Assembly (NCBI RefSeq): GCF_041260155.1
Contig: NC_091947.1
Coordinates: 31,706,780 to 31,770,779 of the forward strand
DNA from: Ptychodera flava
Lineage: Eukaryota
Direction: 5' to 3'
DNA: 64,000 nt
In this document: one piece after another, positions 1 through 13,440 of the stretch
Numbering within the stretch: the stretch's first letter is position 1
How the letters are laid out: each line of letters starts with the position of its first letter
Position numbers and translations under genes: made by a program
Notes under the pieces: generated by a model
Databases searched by the model: none
Told to the model about the DNA's origin: nothing
Seen by the model: only the letters and a program-made list of their open reading frames with translations

Positions 1-1745
1 GTAACCACAAGTGCTACAGCCTTCATGTATGGTATGATGGGACACCTTATGACGCCACATATTGTACCTCATTAATTATGCGCATATCTAATTTTGAGCG
101 AGCCAATAGAGCTAGAGGTCTGATTTTGGTATATAGGGAAACTTAGCAAAACAATTTTTTCGACAAAATGTCACGTGACCTCGGTGACCTTTGACCTCAA
201 ATATACATATTTGTCCATAACTCAGTAACCACAAGTGCTACAGCCTTCATGTATGGTATGATGGGACACCTTATGACGCCACATATTGTACCTCATTAAT
301 TATGCGCATATCTAATTTTGAGCGAGCCAATAGAGCTAGAGGTCTGATTTTTGGTATATAGGGATAACTTAGCAAAACAATTTTTCGACAAAATGTCACG
401 TGACCTCGGTGACCTTTGACCTCAAATGTACATATTTGTCCATAACTCAGTAACCACAAGTGCTACAGCCTTCATGTATGGTATGATGGGACACCTTATG
501 ACGCCACATATTGTACCTCATTAATTATGCGCATATCTAATTTTGAGCGAGCCAATAGAGCTAGAGGTCTGATTTTTGGTATATAGGGATAACTTAGCAA
601 TACAATTTTTTTGACAAAATGTCACGTGACCTCGGTGACCTTTGACCTCAAATATACATATTTGTCCAGAACTCAGTAACCACAAGTGCTACAGCCTTCA
701 TGTATGGTATGATGGGACACCTTATGACGCCACATATTGTACCTCATTAATTATGTGCATATCTAATTTTGAGCGAGCCAATAGAGCTAGAGGTCTGATT
801 TTTGGTATATAGGGATAACTTAGCAATACAATTTTTTTGACAAAATGTCATGTGACCTTGGTGACCTTTGACCTCAAATATACATATTTGTCCATAACTC
901 AGTAACCACAAGTGCTACAGCCTTCATGTTTGGTATGATTGGACACCTTATGACGCCACATACTGTACCTCATTAATTATGCACATATCTAATTTTGAGC
1001 GAGCCAATAGAGCTAGAGGTCTGATTTTTGGTATATAGGGATAACTTAGCAAAACAATTTTTTGACAAAATGTCACGTGACCTCGGTGACCTTTGACCTC
1101 AAATATACATATTTTTCCATAACTCGGTAACCACAAGTGCTACACCCTTCATGTTTGGTATGATTGGACACCTTATGACGCCACATACTGTACCTCAATA
1201 ATTATGTGCATATCTCATTCTGAGCGAGCCAATAGAGCTGGATGTCTGATTTTTTGTATATAGGGATAACTATAGGAGAGAAATTTTTTGACCAAATGTC
1301 ATGTGATCTCGATGACCTTTTACCTAAAATATATGTAAAGTATATGTAATAAATAAGTAACCACAAGTGCTATGTCCTTTGTATTTAGTAGGATGGGAGA
1401 CCTTATGACAACACACGCTTTACCTCATTAATTATGTACACATCTAATTCTGGGCAAGCGAATAGAGCTAGAGATCTGATTTTTTGGCATATAGGGATTA
1501 ATTAGCAATATAATTTTTTTTTTCAAAATGTCATGTGACCTCGATGACCTTTGACCTTGATTATACATATATATGCATATTTCAGTAACCACAAGTTCTA
1601 TACCCTGCAATTTTGATAGGATATTAGACCTTAAGATGTCACATCTTGTACCTCATTTATAATGCGCATATGTATTTCTTGGCTGGTCAATACTGCTAGA
1701 GGTCTGATCTTTTTTCCCGATTTAGAACCATAACTTAGACATGCC
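1..1745 (+). repeat. Tandem satellite array, unit ~225 bp, ~7.7 copies; unit starts (motif gtaaccacaagtgcta) at 1, 225, 450, 676, 902, 1127, 1357, 1585, diverging toward the 3' end
   Basis: Direct reading: the same ~225-bp unit recurs head-to-tail, with the last two to three copies increasingly diverged. Related copies occur at 14500-14850 (opposite orientation) and 15975-16540. Confidence 0.9.
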
Positions 1746-2134
1746 TCATGTGTTTCAAATTGGGAACAACGACATAGACCTATGTGCCATAGATCTCAAC
1801 ATATACACTCCAGTGATACTTCTTAATGACCACATTTCCTACCCCATCAAGACTAATACTCCTATTACAAGTGGGGACTATGTCATTGTAAATGACTTGT
1901 TGAGTTAATGGTTGTATCACAGTATTCGATATATCTAATTCTGTATTTTTTCCATTTTATATTCTGAATAATTACATTAAACATATTTCACTGTCTCCAG
2001 TACATTTCATTTAAGTATTTTCACTTCATGCACTTTATCCCTTTCACACATGTTCAAATATCTGACCAGAGAACAAACACTAAATAGTCCAGGATGGGAG
2101 CTACAGTGTCATTGACGCTATTTTTCTCTTTCAG

Positions 2135-2297
2135 TATTGCAGTGTATGATTTAGGCGGTGGTACCTTTGATATTTCAGTCCTGGAGATTCAGAAAGGTGT
2201 CTTTGAAGTGAAGTCAACAAATGGTGATACCTTCCTGGGTGGTGAAGATTTTGATAATGTCCTTGTTACGTATCTAATCGATGAATTCAAGAGAGAT
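2135..2297 (+). CDS. HSPA9: HSPA9-like (mitochondrial HSP70/mortalin) coding exon: (V)[54 protein letters not shown]
   Basis: Acceptor tttcag at 2129-2134, donor gtaagt at 2298. The translation matches the conserved HSP70 substrate-binding-domain start and is in frame with the next exon. Confidence 0.85.
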
Positions 2298-3037
2298 GTA
2301 AGTATTTCATAACTCATTGGTTTCCATGACAATAATTGGAACATAAAATAGTGAACAACAATGGGAACAATCAGGAGAATAGGCCCTGTCTGAAGCAGTT
2401 GTCAAATCCATTTCAGGAGTTCTATTGCGACCCTTGAATCTTAAACCTTGAATTGGATACCCTAAGTTTGAAACATTTTATAGTTCCTTAGGGGTCCACT
2501 ATCTTGAATGTTTCCCAGTAGAGTATGTAGACAACATCAAAGGCAACGGATGATGCCCAAAACAAAATGTGGACCCTGTTTTCTGAGTGGTCTCGTGTTA
2601 AATCATGATTCTCCATGACCCAAAGTATGCAAATTCATGTCTGTTAACTTAAACTACCTTAGTAAATGTAACTCTGACATTTTGAAATGCCAACTAACAG
2701 CTCTTGACTAGACTACAACTGGTGTAACATGATGATACACAACTCAAATTGAATTCAGGGCTGGTAGTTTGAAACAAGAGTTCTTAAATTATAATTCAAT
2801 TAAATTTGACACTTTTGAACTGTATCCAAATGGAAAAATGATGAAAGAAATGATTGCCAATGACATTCCATACTATGTAAGCTAATGTTTCTCCCTAGTC
2901 ATGTTTGCAGCCTTTTAAATACTGTTTTACAGCTTGTAATTCATTAATTCCATTTCTTCTTTAGTCAACCAAGTTACAAATCAAATTTTGAAAAAGTTAA
3001 CATGGAAATTTCTGATTTTCTTTTTTTTTATCATTGA

Positions 3038-3208
<171 letters not shown>

Positions 3209-3491
3209 TAGGCCAAAACTGTGTACAACACGTCTCCGCAATATCCGTGTTTGTGAGTTCATATCACCCAGTAACAAACAGAACATGTTCAGACTAAATT
3301 CCTTTCTCAATTTTTATTCAAAAAATGTCAAATATAGCTGATTATAAAGTCATTGCTCGCATATTAATCCTTAAATTGTTTTTAGCTCAATAGTCAGTTG
3401 ACTTCCGACCAAAAGTAGAAGTGTAGCTGATTAAAGTTCTACCTACTGTGTCATTAGTGTAACTTCCATTGTTTTTGTTATTCACTGACAG

Positions 3492-3701
3492 ACTGACATT
3501 AATTTGCCATACTTGACAATGGATGCATCCGGACCAAAACACATGAATCTTAAGATAACCAGGTCCAAGTTTGAGTCATTAACAGAGGGTCTGATTAAAA
3601 GGACAATACAGCCATGTAAGAAAGCAATTCAAGACGCTGAAGTCTCACAGACTGACATCCATGATGTAATCTTGGTTGGTGGTATGACCAGAATGCCCAA
3701 G
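3492..3701 (+). CDS. HSPA9: HSPA9-like exon: [30 protein letters not shown]...[12 protein letters not shown] (70 aa)
   Basis: Acceptor ctgacag ends at 3491, donor gtatgt at 3702. Near-identical to the mortalin segment [19 protein letters not shown]. Confidence 0.88.
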
Positions 3702-4252
3702 GTATGTCACTTTGAACTTTTTCTCCCTTCTGTAGAAAGATTTTCATAAACCATTGATACTTTTATGTCGTCGTCTGCTGTCTGCTTAGCTGTCTATCAG
3801 AATAAATTCATGGACCTTTCCCCCTTATTTGTAATGCATACTTAGCTGCTGTTACTAGAACAAAAAAGACTGATTTCTTAGTTATCGGAGAGACTGTATA
3901 GCATAAGGAATATAATGACTGCTATTTTAGAAACCACAACCCTTAATTGTTGGTTGTGGTGTTTTTGCCAGGCTTAGAAAACAAGGAAATGGTGCTTGAA
4001 TTGTTTTGAAATTATGCCTTCCCTAATGTGGCTGCATCGATACACCAGGAAACCGTGGCAAAATGTACCAGCATTCTTCTGTAGTAAAAAAAATCTACTG
4101 TCTCTTGCCTTCATGCTTTGAATATTTATCTGGCACATAGTACAACTGCTCAGATATTTATTTTCACTGCATGATTCCTGTGGAGAAGTATCAGAAAAGC
4201 TTTCTAAAAGCCGTAAAAAGCCTTAACAAATTCATATTGCCAAATGCAACAG

Positions 4253-4480
4253 GTTCAAGCGACAGTCCAAGAAGTGTTTGGCAAAGTGCCAGGAAAATCA
4301 GTCAATCCAGATGAAGCAGTTGCCATGGGCGCAGCAATCCAAGGTGGTGTCCTCGCTGGTGATGTCACAGATGTTTTGTTGTTAGATGTAACGCCGTTAT
4401 CATTGGGTATTGAAACTCTTGGTGGTGTGTTCACCAAACTTATCAACAGAAACACAACAATTCCAACAAAGAAGAGTCAG
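4253..4480 (+). CDS. HSPA9: HSPA9-like exon: [76 protein letters not shown] (76 aa)
   Basis: Acceptor aacag ends at 4252, donor gtaaga at 4481. Highly conserved HSP70 linker and substrate-binding-domain sequence. Confidence 0.9.
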
Positions 4481-5096
4481 GTAAGATTGTCAGAAATTCA
4501 TATGTGTCATTGTCCCATTTTGTTGCAACACTGATCATGCAGCCTTGATTTGGCAGTTTCAACACTACTCATCTCCTCAGATGTCAACCATGTATTGCAC
4601 ACATCAATGTTTTTGCTTATTTTTGAAAATGGCAGTGAATGTTTGACATCCTGCTCTTCCCAACACAAATATTTTGATATACCAAGGGGAACTCTGTTAC
4701 ATTTTCTACCAAACCACTGATAACAACTGCTAGTTAACGTCTTCCAGTTGATGTGTTAACTTTCAATTAACTTTGCTGTCAACAAAAGATGTGTCCAACC
4801 TACATCCCTAAGAGTCTGTGCAAGATCAGAGAAATTGTAATGCTTAAACCAAATGATCAGGAAAATTGATGGAACAGATAGTGGTATCAGACAAAGCCTT
4901 GACCCTTTCAGCACCATGGATTCATCCAAACCCATTGTTATGAATGGTGATTGTGGACCTGAATACAGGGAAATGGGGGTGAACAGGTTAAAGATAGTGT
5001 TCTGTTTGGCTTTTGACAGCCACTTTGAAGTATTGCACACAAAGAAGATGAAAACATTTCTACCAGTGCAGACAATGATACGAAGCAAAATTCTGA

Positions 5097-5279
<183 letters not shown>

Positions 5280-5500
5280 TGACATAGAAAAGTGTCACCT
5301 AAATAGTTTCTATTTGGCAGTGTTCAAAAACATATCCTCATGCAAAATATCTTTTCCTTACAAATGTTAGAATCAAGAGAAAACTGAAAAAAGGAGATAA
5401 AGAAATTATTAAGTGTACACTTTAGTTTATGTTGACCACATTTGCCATAATCACTGCTACTCTCATAGTATTTTTTGTATTGTTTGAATTGCTCACACAG

Positions 5501-5618
5501 GTAGGAATTCCTCCAGCACCGCGTGGTGTTCCACAAATTGAAGTTACTTTTGACATAGATGCCAATGGTATTGTCAATGTCTCGGCCAGAGACAAAGGTA
5601 CTGGCAAAGAACAACAAA
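5501..5618 (+). CDS. HSPA9: HSPA9-like exon: [39 protein letters not shown](+1 nt)
   Basis: Acceptor cacacag ends at 5500, donor gtaagt at 5619. The exon ends in phase 1, and the codon is completed as Ile by the next exon. Confidence 0.88.
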
Positions 5619-5811
5619 GTAAGTCTATGCTTGACAATAACATATATCAGAGTCATTTTACAGCTTAGTGGAAAAATTAACAGATGAACCGCACTAGTGG
5701 ATGCAGTAAGACTTTCCTCTCGCAAGGCGACAATATTTAAACTCAGAGTCTTTGAATACACAAAGGGGACAAACATGAGTGACTTTGCCAGCAAATTGAG
5801 ATGTTATTCCT

Positions 5812-5955
5812 TTGATAGCTGTACTTTGACATTGTATACACAGTATTTATAAGATATTTACAAGTAATGATTATCGGAATAATTGTAGGACTTTGACATT
5901 GTATACACAGTATGTATAAGATATTTACAAGTAATGATTATCGGAATAACTGTAG
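5812..5955. repeat. Tandem duplication of a ~67-bp unit (actttgacattgtatacacagtat.tataagatatttacaagtaatgattatcggaataa.tgtagg) inside an HSPA9 intron
   Basis: Two near-identical adjacent copies read directly. Confidence 0.8.
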
Positions 5956-6129
5956 GTCTTCGGAATGAACTACGGCCAGTTATTCCAAATGTGCTAAAAA
6001 TATTGTTTGCCTGTTTTAGTAAATAACTTAAGATTTGCAGAAATTTCTTTTTATTGCATTGTAATCGGACATGCGCTGCTGAAATGGTTCATTTTGGATT
6101 GTAAACAACTTTTGTTTATCTCTCTGCAG

Positions 6130-6224
6130 TTGTTATTCAGTCATCTGGAGGTCTCAGTAAAGATGAAATTGAGAACATGATCAAGAGAGCTGAACAGTAC
6201 GCTGAAGAAGATAGAAAGAAGAAG
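6130..6224 (+). CDS. HSPA9: HSPA9-like exon: (I)[31 protein letters not shown]
   Basis: Acceptor ctctgcag ends at 6129, donor gttggt at 6225; frame restored. Confidence 0.85.
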
Positions 6225-6526
6225 GTTGGTTTAACTTCATCTGTGTGATAGCTTGCAAACTGTCTGCAGTAATGTTTATGTATGACAACATGAACCGTGA
6301 TTGCAATTGTACCAAGCAAATACACATTAATTTTATGCTTTTCATGTCAGCAGGTAATCTATGCATGCTAAGATAGGCTCTGGAAAGGATGACTTAAAGC
6401 AATGTCATAGTAGACAGCATCCTTCAAGAAAGTGTCAATAATGAGCTGTTGAGTTTCAGGAAAAGGACACTAAATCTTTGCAAGATTTCACCTGTTTGAA
6501 TGATTTCAAAATATGTTTTCTTACAG

Positions 6527-6619
6527 GAAAGTGTTGAAGCTATCAACAAAGCAGAGAATATTATCCACGACACAGAATCCAAAATGGAGGAATACAAAGA
6601 CCAATTGCCAGAGGAAGAG
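6527..6619 (+). CDS. HSPA9: HSPA9-like exon: [31 protein letters not shown]
   Basis: Acceptor ttacag ends at 6526, donor gttagt at 6620. Confidence 0.85.
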
Positions 6620-7123
6620 GTTAGTAAGAGTTGTTTTGCTGAAATTATTTTGAGTAACACTGTTGTGTCATCTTCATTGTTCAAAAGAGAAGGCTGCAGA
6701 ATGGCAAGTGTAGGTTTGAGTAGGAGCTATTCTTATCTGTACCACGTTTTGGTATGTGATGTAATTTACTCATAAAAACAATAGTATTTCCAGTAAAGGT
6801 TGTATCAAGACATTGCTAACCTATAGTTACTGGTCGTCTGCATAGCTTGGTAAAATGGCAACAGCCTCCTTTCAGTGTTGCTTCAGTATCCACACAGACA
6901 TGGCTCATTAGAATCTACATTGTCAAAGTATAGCATCATCATCTATTTACTTACCCAGGGAAATCAGAATATTATTTTTATATTGGAAAAACGTACCGAT
7001 ATTGTTCAACTTTCTAATCTTAGCTTGACCAATGATGGTGGGGACTTCATAGTGTATGTTCCCGTAGCAGGATTCTGTCTTGTATGATAAAGTGTAACCA
7101 CTGTAATTTATATTTGCATACAG

Positions 7124-7264
7124 GCTTCCAAACTGAAGGAAGAAATTGCCAAGGTTAAGGAGATTCTTGCAAGGAAAGATGAAGAGACACCAGAAAACAT
7201 TACAACTGCCGTCAATAACCTTCAACAGGCGTCACTTAAACTCTTTGAAATGGCATACAAAAAG
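7124..7264 (+). CDS. HSPA9: HSPA9-like exon: [47 protein letters not shown]
   Basis: Acceptor atacag ends at 7123, donor gtcagt at 7265. Matches the mortalin C-terminal helical lid (..[12 protein letters not shown]). Confidence 0.85.
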
Positions 7265-7881
7265 GTCAGTACCCATAAGCTCCATAAATAATAAAACATA
7301 TTCTTTTGGTAAGTAAAAGATAAGTTGTTGTCTCGATATGTTACAACGAGAATGTAATGTAACAGTCACAGACAAATCTCTGCATTGGGAAGGCCTTTTA
7401 TGTTACATGGTAATCAGCCCAAATTGATCATGTTTCGTGTATTTATAGCCAACATCATTAAAATTCCATGATGCAACACTACAGTAACTTAACAAATATC
7501 GCACTACAGGACAACTGTCATAGGATATACAGATACCACTTTTCCAAAAACACAAGTTTCATGAATACTTCTTGCAAGAAACATTGAAAAAGTTAATTGT
7601 CCGAAACTTCAGAATGGTGATTACCCCTTTCCCATTACATTTGTTAATGATTTTCACTGGTCAGTTTGTTTATGCTGACTGCTACACAAGTTGAAGTGAT
7701 CATGAATTATGCAATGATGGTCAAATTTTTCGTCAACCGTATATCACTGTCAAAGTGTATGTGGAAACCTTATTCTGAGCATAATTTCATATCATTTCAT
7801 ACGGAATATGATGTCACCTTGGCAGAAAGCACTTCAATATTTTGGAAAAACAACTATTTATGTTTTTTACACAATTCACAG

Positions 7882-7953
7882 ATGGCACAAGAGAAAGACC
7901 AATCACAAAGCCAGTCACAAGAAGAAGAAAAGAAAGAAGAGGAAAATAAATGA
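7882..7953 (+). CDS. HSPA9: HSPA9-like terminal coding exon: MAQEKDQSQSQSQEEEKKEEENK* (stop TGA 7951-7953)
   Basis: Acceptor ttcacag ends at 7881; short acidic Ser/Gln/Glu-rich tail as in mortalins. Candidate polyA signals (AATAAA) downstream at ~8689 and ~8930. Confidence 0.75.
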   Translation: MAQEKDQSQSQSQEEEKKEEENK

Positions 7954-9689
7954 AAGGCATGAGGAGCTGGAAAATTTATATTAATAGAAAAATGGACATT
8001 TGATGCAAACTTCAACTTCTCCAGTGTTTTCCCTTCCTACTTTATTTACCTTGTTGTGCAAAGTTGTTCCTTTCTAGACTGTAATGCCATATTATTGTGA
8101 TAAAATCAAATGACCTGTACAGTTGTCTGAACTTGAGAGAACAAATTTATGATAGAAAATTATAGGGTATGATGTTTTTGAGTATTGTGTTTAAAAAAGG
8201 ACCCTTCTGACAAGTCAATTATGAGACAGTGACTTGTTACCTCAGTATTTGCATGGCAGGGTAGTTGTAGCAGGTTTCATGGACATTGCTTCAGCCAGTG
8301 GCAGCACATGTCATTCGTACATGTCAGTTGCTTTAGCCAATCAGAGTATATTGCATCACCATATATGGCCAGATGCCTCCGCCAATCACAGAGGCTGAAA
8401 TGGTCATTTGTTGTCATAATCCGGTTTTCTTCTTCTGCCAGAAACATTGTCAATGTTCATGATTTTATGTTCATTGATTGTTTTGTTGGCTAGCAGAGCA
8501 CACATTGGTCGGCCATGTTTTGACTCTAGTACTCATGTATTGTCACTTGTATATTCCCCAGTCACACATTTGTGTTTCAGGTCTTGTTTACCTATTGCAG
8601 CAATAAATCACATCTATTTAAAGTGATGTTAAATAGTTTCAAACTTTTGTTATTTCAGCAAGGTGCACTGTCCCTTTCACTTTGAATAAAAGGAAAATGC
8701 TTTCCAACTTGTTTAAATCCAGTGGTATTCACAAAGTTAAGTAATCAGTTTAAATTACTGGGAATTATTTATGGCGGTGAATGAGGCTGTGGTGGTGTCA
8801 ATCATAGGCTCATTAATTAGTGTGTCATTATGTCAAACTTTGTTATGAATTAGATTTGATTGCTTTGATTTAAACTAAGTTGACTGGTTGGAATTACTTT
8901 TGTAAAGATATTTTTTGCAAGACATAATAAAATATGACATTCAGAGAACTGTACAATTTGTTGTCTTCATTTCAAGCAATGTTGTTTTGTCTCCATGGTG
9001 ATATGATTATGTGTTCGTGAAGGTACTACAGGATGAGCTTTTTGTGAACTACTTTTGTACGAATGGATGAATAAGTGTGTGCATAGGCGATGTGAGTGTA
9101 TGTACATGTGTATCTTTATGTTGGTACTTCTTTGTCCACCAGAATGGCGTGCACTACCTCAAAATAAAGTGTGTCCATTTATGAGCCTGTTGCTACAAGA
9201 CTTGTACACATAGTCAAAAATAAGTGAATGATGAAAATCTTAATTCATTGTGAGATGGTTTTGTATTCGTAGAAATCTTAGCACACAGTGCCTGCCTGGA
9301 AAGTCAAACATTCAGCATCTCTCAGTATAAGTACACTTCATGTGTTTCCCGCCGAGCAGATTTTTTGCTGTTTTGGAATTAAATTTGAGGAAATCCTGTG
9401 TAAGCAACAAGTTTACATTCTTGCATTGATTTTGACAGCATACTGTAACCATGTGCCCGTCAGATGTATGATTGGCAACAAGGTGAAAGCATCACTTAGT
9501 CAGCATTGCTAGGTACTATTACCGCACATTGCAGTCTCATGTAGGCCCAGGATCCCATTTATATCTGCATTTGAATGAAATCCTGTAAATACATGAATAA
9601 ACTCGCATTTTCCCAAGCAAAATGGATTTAATCTCTTGTAAATTTGTCATTTTCTCCGTCAAAATAATTTTCTCATTGCACATGGTTTC

Positions 9690-10300
9690 AAGACAGGATA
9701 CTGTACCTTTGGTTCCCAGACACTTCGCACCAAAACCACTTCGCACCATACCATCTCGTCCCATACCATTTCGCACCAAAACCACTTCGCACCAAAACAA
9801 CCTCGTACCAAAACCACTTCGCCCCAAAAGTCATGTCCCCAAACCACTTTGCCCGAAACTTATCGCTAACTGCTAAAGCTGAAAATAACCACCTTTCTGT
9901 CATCCTGGGACTGAAATCTTGAAAGTGTACGCATTTCGCGAAATTGACATCGTGCAATTCCGCGCAAGGCACCTGAGTTGTAGCATTTGCGTGTTTCTAT
10001 TTTCTTATTCTATCGTTTATGGTTTCATGCAACAATAAATGGTTCGTGATAGCCAAAATGTCCTAACACATTAATGCTTCCAAGTTGCAGGTAAAAACAA
10101 CCTTGTGATACGTCGTAACATCGTTGTTCAGGACGAGTTGACGGTACTATACTTTGGGCGAAGTGGTTTTAGTACGATGTGGTACTTGGGGCGAAGTGGG
10201 GTTGGGCGAAGTAGTACTTGGGACGAGGTGGTTTTGGTACGAAATGGTTTTGGGACGAAGTTGTGTGGGGCGAACTGGTTTTGGTGCGAAGTGTCTGGAC
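9690..10300. repeat. Foldback structure: a ~20-bp minisatellite array (ttcgcaccaaaaccac-like units, 9690-9860) and its reverse-complement array (ggtgcgaagtggtttt-like, 10140-10300) around a ~280-bp spacer
   Basis: Direct reading of both strands; the arms are imperfect inverted arrays of the same 18-22 bp unit. Confidence 0.8.
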
Positions 10301-10339
10301 CCCGTACCTTTCTGTGTTTCAAAACTGTTATAGACACTG

Positions 10340-10990
10340 TAATTGCTCACTGACCAATATGTATAGGATAAAGCCCGAGTACGAGGGTTTTATCCGACTT
10401 AAAAACTATCGCCCCTAACTGATATATTTTCGTTTTCAATGTGTTTACGTCAACCGTCCCCTTTGTCAATGTAACATGTTTAGGATATGAATTAAAACTT
10501 TTATTTGTGAAATAGCCTTCCAATGTAATGGAACATCCTATAAATGCCCTAGGGCACATTATATAAATGCCCTGGGGCACAGCAGATTTTGTGTTGCAGC
10601 TGGTTTCCGCTGTGTTACCAAATTTGAATATTAAAACGTACCAGATGTCTACAGAATATGACATGTTCACTTTTGATTGGACAGTACTTTACTACGGCGC
10701 TGTCATTCGTTTCTGGAATTTGGTGACCAAGGCTTTATGAGTAAATAAAACACCCTGAATAGGCCAAACCCGGAATTCGAATCGACCACGGTACAAACAA
10801 AGCCATGTGCGCAAACGCGCATAGACGTACGTGTATTTCTTTACGCGCTAGTACACATGTGGGTTTGTTTGTACCGGCATCACGTGATTATTTGGGCGTA
10901 CTGAGTCTGTAGAACGCATCGCGTCCTTTTATTCCGGAGTAGAACCATTGAGCACTCTGATTGCTCAATCAACAGTAGATAGTTTTTAAA
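10340..10990 (+). mobile_element. Dispersed ~0.5-0.65 kb non-autonomous repeat (begins ggataaagcccgagtacgagggttttatccgac..., ends ..gagcactctgattg[c/g]tcaatcaacagtagatagttttta). This copy carries a ~195-bp extra segment (10760-10955) relative to the copy at 38420-38990
   Basis: Near-identical second copy in the PANK intron at 38420-38990. The embedded ORFs (10347..10670 -, 38395..38733 -) are identical repeat-borne spurious ORFs. Confidence 0.8.
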
Positions 10991-11995
10991 TAGAGTATAA
11001 ATCATTGCAGTTTGAATTGTGAAGGCTTCATACTCTTTAATGGCGATACATACTCTTTCTTAGCAATATATATCAAGCGTAATGAATTTCTCAATGATAA
11101 CAAGTGCTTTTCTGTTTCACTGAAGACAAGCTCCTTATGAAACTGCTATGCACTTCTTTACAGCAACTTCTATCATAGTTAGTGGGAGGATTGGTTTTTA
11201 CATTTCAAGTCTATCAATCGAGGCTCTGCCTGATGTGAATGGCCTCCACAAGGCTTCAGCAACAATCTGACGTCGCTAAAAACTTGCTGTATATGTGTTC
11301 CCATCTTCCTCTCTCTTGACTCGTTGAAGGTGATGACAAAGTGGTTAAGTAGCATCGGGTGTGAATGATGTATGTCTGATTTTATATGATAATGTTCAAG
11401 TTTAAACAAGATCAACAACTGTGATTTCTGTTTTCACACAACAAAAGGTTTATTTTATTATATGAACTGTGGTTGTATTTACATCTTTTTCTTCAGCCTT
11501 TGAAATTACCTGATATCATACTATGTGTATTCACATATGATCACTTGTACCCATTGCTTGTATGAGATCTTCAACCCTGTAACCAACTTTTCCTTGTACA
11601 AAGGGGCAGAAGTCCATCTTTGCCCTCGAAAACAATGGCATTGTATAAAAATTCAGGTTAATTTGAATCTCTCTGTGAATAACTATCATGTACTCTTGTA
11701 AGAAGTTTTACTTCATAACACTTTAATATATGCTCATATTTATTGGTAAAAGTTCCACACGATGGAAACAAAAATACCATCATTTACTGTGTGTGAGAAG
11801 AATGTAAAAAGGCAAAATAAATGTAAATGAGAAATTTGGGATAAAAAGGGTAAAACATTTCCATTTTGCGAAAATAAGTTTAGTACATATTTTGAAATCT
11901 TATGTTGACAATACAATGGCAGAGTAATTGTTTACATCTGCAAGTCAATCTCCCTGAACGATTAATTCAAAAAAGCACAAGAATGTTAAAAAAGA

Positions 11996-12211
11996 TTATG
12001 ATAACGTAAGTTTATTTATTTTATCTTGTGTTTTGTCTAATTTATCATTTATTTGTGTCTGGCCGTCAGAATTTATCAAGTTTCCATTGCTGATATTTTT
12101 ATTGGGTGCAACTTTGGCACCATCAACTGTACTTGGCTTGTCTTTGCTTGAAGTATCCCTTGCTCCAAATATAGTGCTTCCTACTCGTATGTTGGTACTG
12201 CCAACAGCTAT
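11996..12211 (-). CDS. PLPBP: PLPBP/YggS-family terminal coding exon: IAVGSTNIRVGSTIFGARDTSSKDKPSTVDGAKVAPNKNISNGNLINSDGQTQINDKLDKTQDKINKLTLS* (stop on - at 11998-11996)
   Basis: Acceptor (- strand) ttttacag; the conserved YggS C-terminal motif VGSTNVRIGSTIFGxR is followed by a long low-complexity C-terminal extension. Confidence 0.75.
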   Translation of the reverse strand: MAVGSTNIRVGSTIFGARDTSSKDKPSTVDGAKVAPNKNISNGNLINSDGQTQINDKLDKTQDKINKLTLS

Positions 12212-12480
12212 CTGTAAAAGACAAAAAAATCTCATATTAGCCTCTTCCAAACAGTTGTCACCAAACGTTCAGACAGTTTCAATTTTCTTTTATCTTATTA
12301 GTAAATACTACTGGTTAATTTCAATGCAAAAAGTCATCTGAAAACTGTGTCACTGTCAAAGATATGAATCCCACAATTTTTCATTGTTTCATAGAGAGGA
12401 AAAGAGGCATTGATGATACCCCTTAAACAATGGTTGATGTTATGATAAATACGAAAATTGTTGCATTTTGAAATAGATGT

Positions 12481-12582
12481 AGCCTAGATTCCTTTTCCCT
12501 CCGCTTGCCTCCGTACCTCCGTCTTCACTACCTAGTGCAGACGGAGGTACGGAGGCAAGCGAGGGAAAAGGAATCTAGGCTA
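12481..12582. repeat. Near-perfect ~100-bp palindrome (agcctagattccttttccctccgcttgcctccgtacctccgtc...gacggaggtacggaggcaagcgagggaaaaggaatctaggct)
   Basis: The two halves are reverse complements, read directly; intronic in PLPBP. Confidence 0.85.
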
Positions 12583-12829
12583 AAATAGATGTGACCACAT
12601 ATTTGACAATGTCAAACCTGACACTGGTGGCGCTCTATTAACGTCATGTTCACTCATTTATATTTGCCTTGCACAGATAGCAGCGCTACACACTTCGTCC
12701 ATATTTTACACATCACTGTTTGCCAGCAAATAAACTTAGTCTGAATTGAAAGTAAATGTGACTAAAATACCAATATCAGTGAGAGCGTTTGGAATTTGGA
12801 AACCTATACATGCAGCAGTCAGTAACATT

Positions 12830-13440
12830 ATACACTGCATACCAAGATATGTCCACATCATGTTATATTGTTATTACAGTATCAAAATTTCTCTACAAAA
12901 CACCTTCTACACAACAGATTTCATGTCATTTGGAAAGTCTGTAAATTACTGATACATGAAATAAACATCCATACAGCGGTAGCTATGTTTCTTACTGCAC
13001 CAGTATATCACCTTGACTACTACAATGTAAGAGAATGGCTGCACTGACGACATTGTGAATATATATACAGGATCTCATTGGAATTTTCTGGCACCAAAGG
13101 TGTCCTGTACTTCATTTAATGGCACCTGTAATTTCTGGCATTCAAGGTAGTCAAGGGGTTGACGTAGAAAGCTGTATTGATGATGAATATGGTTACATCA
13201 AAATTTCTCTGAGTGAAACATTTTAAACACAAAAGATTTGCATGTCATTTAGAAAGTCTTTCAACAACGACTGTATAAATTACATACCAACGCAGAGCTA
13301 AGTAACGCTATATACTGCAGAAGTTTAAGACATCCAGCTATGTCCATGATAAGACAATGCCCTTATAAAATTTCCCTACAAAACATATTGTACACAAATA
13401 TTTACCTATCTGGTCATCTTGAAAGTCTTTCAATGGTAGC
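12830..13440. repeat. About three degenerate tandem units (~200-260 bp) sharing motifs 'aaaatttc[tc]ctacaaaaca' and 'tcatttggaaagtct'
   Basis: Recurring motifs at ~12880/12930, ~13200/13250 and ~13365/13425; units are diverged. Confidence 0.35.

Noticed and set aside
271-1610. Small ORFs (62-aa MWLLSYGQICTFEVKGHRGHVTFC… and relatives, also at 15946..16167)
   Set aside because: They recur once per satellite unit and on whichever strand the unit lies; these are repeat-borne open frames with no conserved protein signature.
10347-10670. 107-aa ORF (and near-identical 112-aa ORF at 38395..38733)
   Set aside because: Both lie inside the two copies of the dispersed MITE-like repeat; identical because the repeat is identical, with no domain I recognise.
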